Positions 59,924-64,000 of a stretch of DNA of 64,000 nt are shown piece by piece (the first letter of the stretch is position 1; every line of letters starts with the position of its first letter). The position numbers and the translations under genes are program-made. The notes beneath the pieces were generated by a model, which made no database searches, was not told the origin of the DNA, and saw only the letters and a list, made by a program, of their open reading frames with translations. This stretch comes from Rebecca billardiae RCC1528 (lineage: Eukaryota > Protista > Haptophyta), in contig OZ251253.1 in NCBI GenBank assembly GCA_965240325.2, forward strand, positions 434,001-498,000. The letters run 5' to 3'.

Positions 59924-60661
59924 TCACTTGGCCGCGGAGATGGCGGCGTCGGCGCCGGGCTCGGCGCCGGCGCCGACGAGTGCGGCCGCGGCCCTGAAGG
60001 CGCCGGGCCACGCGGAGGTGTAGCTCAGCGCGAACGTGCCGAGCCAGACCACGGCGAACACGGCCGCCAGCGCGAGCGCCACGCCCATCGTCGTCCCGTC
60101 ATAGTTGAGCAGCCCCAAGTACTGGATACCGATCACGACGGTGATGACGGCGAGGAAGACGCAGAGGTAGCCTGCGCCCTTGTGCCAGTACTCCCACACG
60201 CGCCGGGCGGTGGGCTTGGGCTCGCCGGGCTCGGGCGCGTGCGGGCGGACGAGCGCGTTCAGCGGCTGCAGCGTGCCCAGCGCGACGACCACGAGGCCGA
60301 GCAGCTCGTGCGGGCCGGCGAAGTGGCCGAACGTGCCGTGGCCCTGCACGTACGCGACCGCGCACGCAAAGCCGACGAGCTGCAGCACCCAGCCGGAGTA
60401 CTGGCAGGCCTGGTGCAGGCGGAGCCACGCGCCCGTCTTCGCGCCGTGCCCGTCCCGCCCGCGGCGCGCGAGCACCACGCCGAGCGGCAGCAGCAGGAAC
60501 CACGAGAGCAGCATACAGATGAAGTGGGCAAAGAGCACCGGCGGGCCGCGCTTGGGCCCCGGGCCGTCGCCGTGCGCGAGGGCGGCGGGGAGGTGCGCGG
60601 CGAGGAGCGCGAGGGTGGCGGTAGGGAGGCCGAGCGCCGTGCGCGAGCCGGGGGGCGCCAT
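59924..60661 (-). CDS. Cytochrome b561 domain protein (FRRS1/CYBDOM-type b561 domain without DOMON)
   Basis: Four haem histidines in the expected contexts: AHFICMLLSW, WLRLHQACQ, PHELLGL...LQPLNALVRP, RRVWEYWHKGAG; signal-like leader. Confidence 0.88.
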   Translation of the reverse strand: MAPPGSRTALGLPTATLALLAAHLPAALAHGDGPGPKRGPPVLFAHFICMLLSWFLLLPLGVVLARRGRDGHGAKTGAWLRLHQACQYSGWVLQLVGFACAVAYVQGHGTFGHFAGPHELLGLVVVALGTLQPLNALVRPHAPEPGEPKPTARRVWEYWHKGAGYLCVFLAVITVVIGIQYLGLLNYDGTTMGVALALAAVFAVVWLGTFALSYTSAWPGAFRAAAALVGAGAEPGADAAISAAK

Positions 60662-61214
60662 GATCGCGGCTCGACGCTGGTGGAGCAGCGGCTGCCTGCT
60701 GCGTGCGCGGGGGCTGCCTGCCACCGCCGCCTTCGCCGGAGCGACGGCCGGTTTCGCAGCGATCAAGGCCCTTCCGCTGGCGTGGGGGATGACCGCTTCG
60801 GTGCGCGAGATGGCGCGAGATTGAACACCGGCCGGACGTGGAAAGCGGCTAAGCGCCTGGTTCGCCGGACAATAATGTCAATGTCAGCGGACACGGTCTC
60901 GCAGGGGAAGCCCCTGGTCACGTGAGTCCGTGAAGGTTACGAGTACCTGACTCGTCCGACGTGGCAGTGAGTCTGACAAAGTCTGACACAGTATATCATC
61001 AGCGCCTTGGTATAGTAGTAATGCGACGCCTGCGCTGCTGAGGCCTGATCGGCATGGCGCGCGGCGCCTGCCGCGGGGCTGAGAGTGAGGGCTGAGGCGG
61101 TGACAGTCGTGACTCGTGGCCGTTGGCGTTGGGCTGTGGGCGTTGGGCCGTAGTTCTAGTCGGCGGGGGCGTAGTCGTTCCAACGCGGGCCGTTGCACAG
61201 ATCTCGCCCGGAGA

Positions 61215-62852
61215 TCAGATCTCGCTAAACAGCTCGCCCATGCCCGCCTGCTCCTGCGCGCCGCTGAACTGGCCGAAGTACGCGTCCGCGTCCTGCTCGG
61301 CTGGCGGCGGCGTGAGGCGCAGCAGCGCGCTGCCGCCCGTCTCGCCGTCGTGCAGCGCTGGCTCCCGGCTTCGACTGCCTGCGGCGGCGCCGCCGGCGCC
61401 GGTGCCGCCGGCGCCACCGCGATCCCGTCGCTCCGGATCGGGGTGTGCTGGGCGGGTGCCGCCCGCGCCTGAACCGCCGTCGGCCGCGCCGCCATCCGCG
61501 CCCGCGCCGCCGCTCCCACCGGCGCCGCCACTGGCTGCGGCCGCGCCCGCGCCGGCCCCTGCTACCCCTGCTGCACCCGCGGCCGCCGCCGCCGCCGCCA
61601 CCGCCGCCTCCTCCTTGACCTGCGAGACGAGGAACACGTCCACGGGGCCCAGCTCCGACTTGAGGAAGATCTGCGTGTGTGCGCGCAGCACGGCGGCAGG
61701 TGGCGGCGTGGCGGACGCGAGTGAGCCAGCACCGCGCGGGGCGTGCACGCGCGGCGCGCGCGCGCACGCGGCTCGGCGGCGCGGCGCGGCGCGCCTTGCG
61801 CGCAAAAGCGCGGCCAGCGCACGCCCCGGCCGCCCCCCGGCCGCCCCCGGGCGTCTGCGCCGCGTGTGCGCGCGGCGCACCTGGTACCGCCGGTTCGGGT
61901 ACTCCATCCCCTCGTCCGGGTCGGGCACCTCCAGCGTCGTGCCGGACGGCGCCTTGACTGCGATCAGCGTCTCCCCTTGCATGCACGCCAGCTCGCGCAC
62001 GTCTGAGTGCGTGCAGTAGGCGAAGCTGGGAGGGGGCAGGCAGGATGGCGGCCGGCGTGGGGGGCGGGGGGGAGCGGGGGGGGTCGGCTGGGCGGGCTGG
62101 CGCGCGGCGCCGCCGGGCACGGCTCCCCGCAGCGCTGCCGCGGCGCCCACGCCACGCGCACACGCCCACAGCGCACGGCGCGGCGCGGCCGCCCTTGCGC
62201 CGCGCGCACACCGCGCGCGCGCTCGCACGGCGCGCGCTCACGCGGCGTTCGACTCATCTTCGCTGAGCTCGCGCAGCGTGTTCTGCATGAGCGCGATGTA
62301 GTCGTCCAGCATCATCTCCTGCCCCTCCAGCTGGCTGATCGCCGCCTTCATCTCGTCGAGCTCGCCCTTGAGCTCGCCCGAGGTGCTGAGCCCCAGCCCC
62401 CGAGAGTTCCACTGAATATTGTTCTTCGACTTCTTCTCGATCAGGCCTGCGCGCGCGCGCGGGTGCGCGCAGCCCGATGGGGGGGGAGGGCAGGGGGAGG
62501 GCGTGCGAGCACGCGCGGGGGGGGAGAGCGTGCGGGGTGCGTGAGCGGTCATGCGCTCATGCCGCCGGCACCGCGCTGCTGCTGCCGCCACCGCCGCCCA
62601 GCCCAGCGGCCGTGCCACCGCGCTGCCATCGTCCCCACACGCGCACTCAGCACGCGCGCTCAGCACACGCACACAGCACACGCACGCAGCGCACGCACAC
62701 AGCGCACAGCACACAGCACACAGCATACACGCGCGCGCACGCACACACACACGTGCACACGCGCGCGCCAGCGCACGCACACGCACACACGCACACACAC
62801 GCGCGCACACGCACGCACACGCACACACACGCACACGCACACACACGCACAC

Positions 62853-62894
<42 letters not shown>

Positions 62895-63606
62895 GCGCGC
62901 GCGCACACACACACGCGCACACACGCACACACACACACACACACACACGCGCACACACGCACACACACGCACACGCACACACACACGCGCACACACGCAC
63001 ACACACACACACACACACACGCGCGCACACGCACGCACACACACGCACACGCACACACACACACACACACACACGCGCACACACGCACACACACACACAC
63101 GCACACGCACACACACGCACACACACGCACACGCACACACACACACACACACACACGCGCACACACGCACACACACACACACGCACACGCACACACACGC
63201 ACACGCGCGCGCACACCGATGCCCTCGAGCACGTTGGTGATGTCGTAGATGCGGCGCTTCTGCACGTTGAGCGCGGTGGCCGCGAGGTTGAGGTCGAGCA
63301 CGCCCTCCTCCGCGTTCTGGATCAGCGACACAAACTTCTTCGTCAGCAGCCCCAGCGAGGAGTCGAACCGACACGACGTCATGCCGACCGCGCCGCGCCG
63401 CTTGTGTTCGTCCGTGATCAGCGCGGCCTGCCGAGCCATCGCGGCGATGGCGGCGGCGTTGGACGCGGCGACGGCGGCGGCGGACTGCGTGGCGGGCGCG
63501 GCCGGCGGGCGCACCGCGGCGGCCTTGCGCGAGCCGCCGCCGGGCCCGGCCGACCCCGCAAGAGCGTTCATCGAAGCTGGCGCAGCGGAGGCGCCAGAGC
63601 CGCCCG

Positions 63607-63638
<32 letters not shown>

Positions 63639-63976
63639 TGGGCGTAGTCGGCGCCGGCGTCGTGGGCCGGGGGCGGCCCGTCGGCGCCGGGCTGCTGCCC
63701 CGCCTGCCGCGGGTGCATCGCCGCGAGCGCGCTCCCCTTGTCCGGCGCGATGTTGTTGCGGTTGGCAAAGCCCGCCACGGTCGCGGCGACGCTGCCCGCC
63801 GCGGGCTTCACTCCGGCGAGTCCGGGCGCGGGGCCGGGGTGGTGCGGGGCGTGGTCGGGGGGCGAAGCGTGCGCCGCGAGCGCCGCCCCGCCGTCGGGCG
63901 CGCCGCCGCCGTTGCCCACCTCGTCCGCGCGCGCGCGCTTGTGCGCAGGCTCAGAGCTCTCTGCGCCCCGGTGCAT
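61215..63976 (-). CDS. E2F: E2F transcription factor; introns 62447-63216, 62026-62241, 61671-61880
   Basis: DNA-binding domain [13 protein letters not shown]...[16 protein letters not shown]|[13 protein letters not shown], coiled coil, marked box [18 protein letters not shown]...YQ|[15 protein letters not shown], and Rb-binding-like tail DAYFG...GMGELF. Confidence 0.96.
62640..63216. repeat. Compound (CA/CG)n alternating purine-pyrimidine tract in E2F intron 1
   Basis: ~570 bp of CACACACGCA/CGCG units reaching the donor site. Confidence 0.95.
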
Positions 63977-64000
63977 TGTGCCGCGGCCGCTCGGCGCGGC

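Overview
Very GC-rich eukaryotic nuclear DNA. It has about 17 protein-coding genes, short GC-rich spliceosomal introns (donor almost always GTGCG, acceptor YAG), HYDIN (implying a motile cilium), signal+transit-like N-termini (implying a complex plastid) and TTAGGG-type repeats. This fits a flagellated alga such as a Pavlovales haptophyte, but that is an inference. Gene order: 3' part of HYDIN (+); 594-bp TA-flanked MITE; large Asp/Pro-rich GPS-domain polycystin-1-like receptor (+); LysM-like/GH18 protein with an altered active-site motif (-); Rhesus-type ammonium transporter (-); 5-exon macrodomain-like/SIR2_2 fusion with a predicted targeting leader (-); RanBP2-ZnF/RGG protein (+); degenerate duplicated region; TAF6 (-); GT-A-like hypothetical (-); truncated trigger-factor-like protein (-); CAD-type alcohol dehydrogenase with a hydrophobic tail (-); SAP-domain Tho1/SARNP-like (+); small hypothetical (-); TMEM43 (-); TAPT1 (+); RNFT-like RING protein (+); (TA)n-embedded repeat; cytochrome b561 (-); E2F (-). 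Most long ORFs in the track are GC shadows or intron read-through. The best candidate for a new system is the intron-containing Macro-SIR2 fusion, which keeps the motifs of bacterial defence-type NADases. All assignments come from reading motifs by eye; no database search was run.
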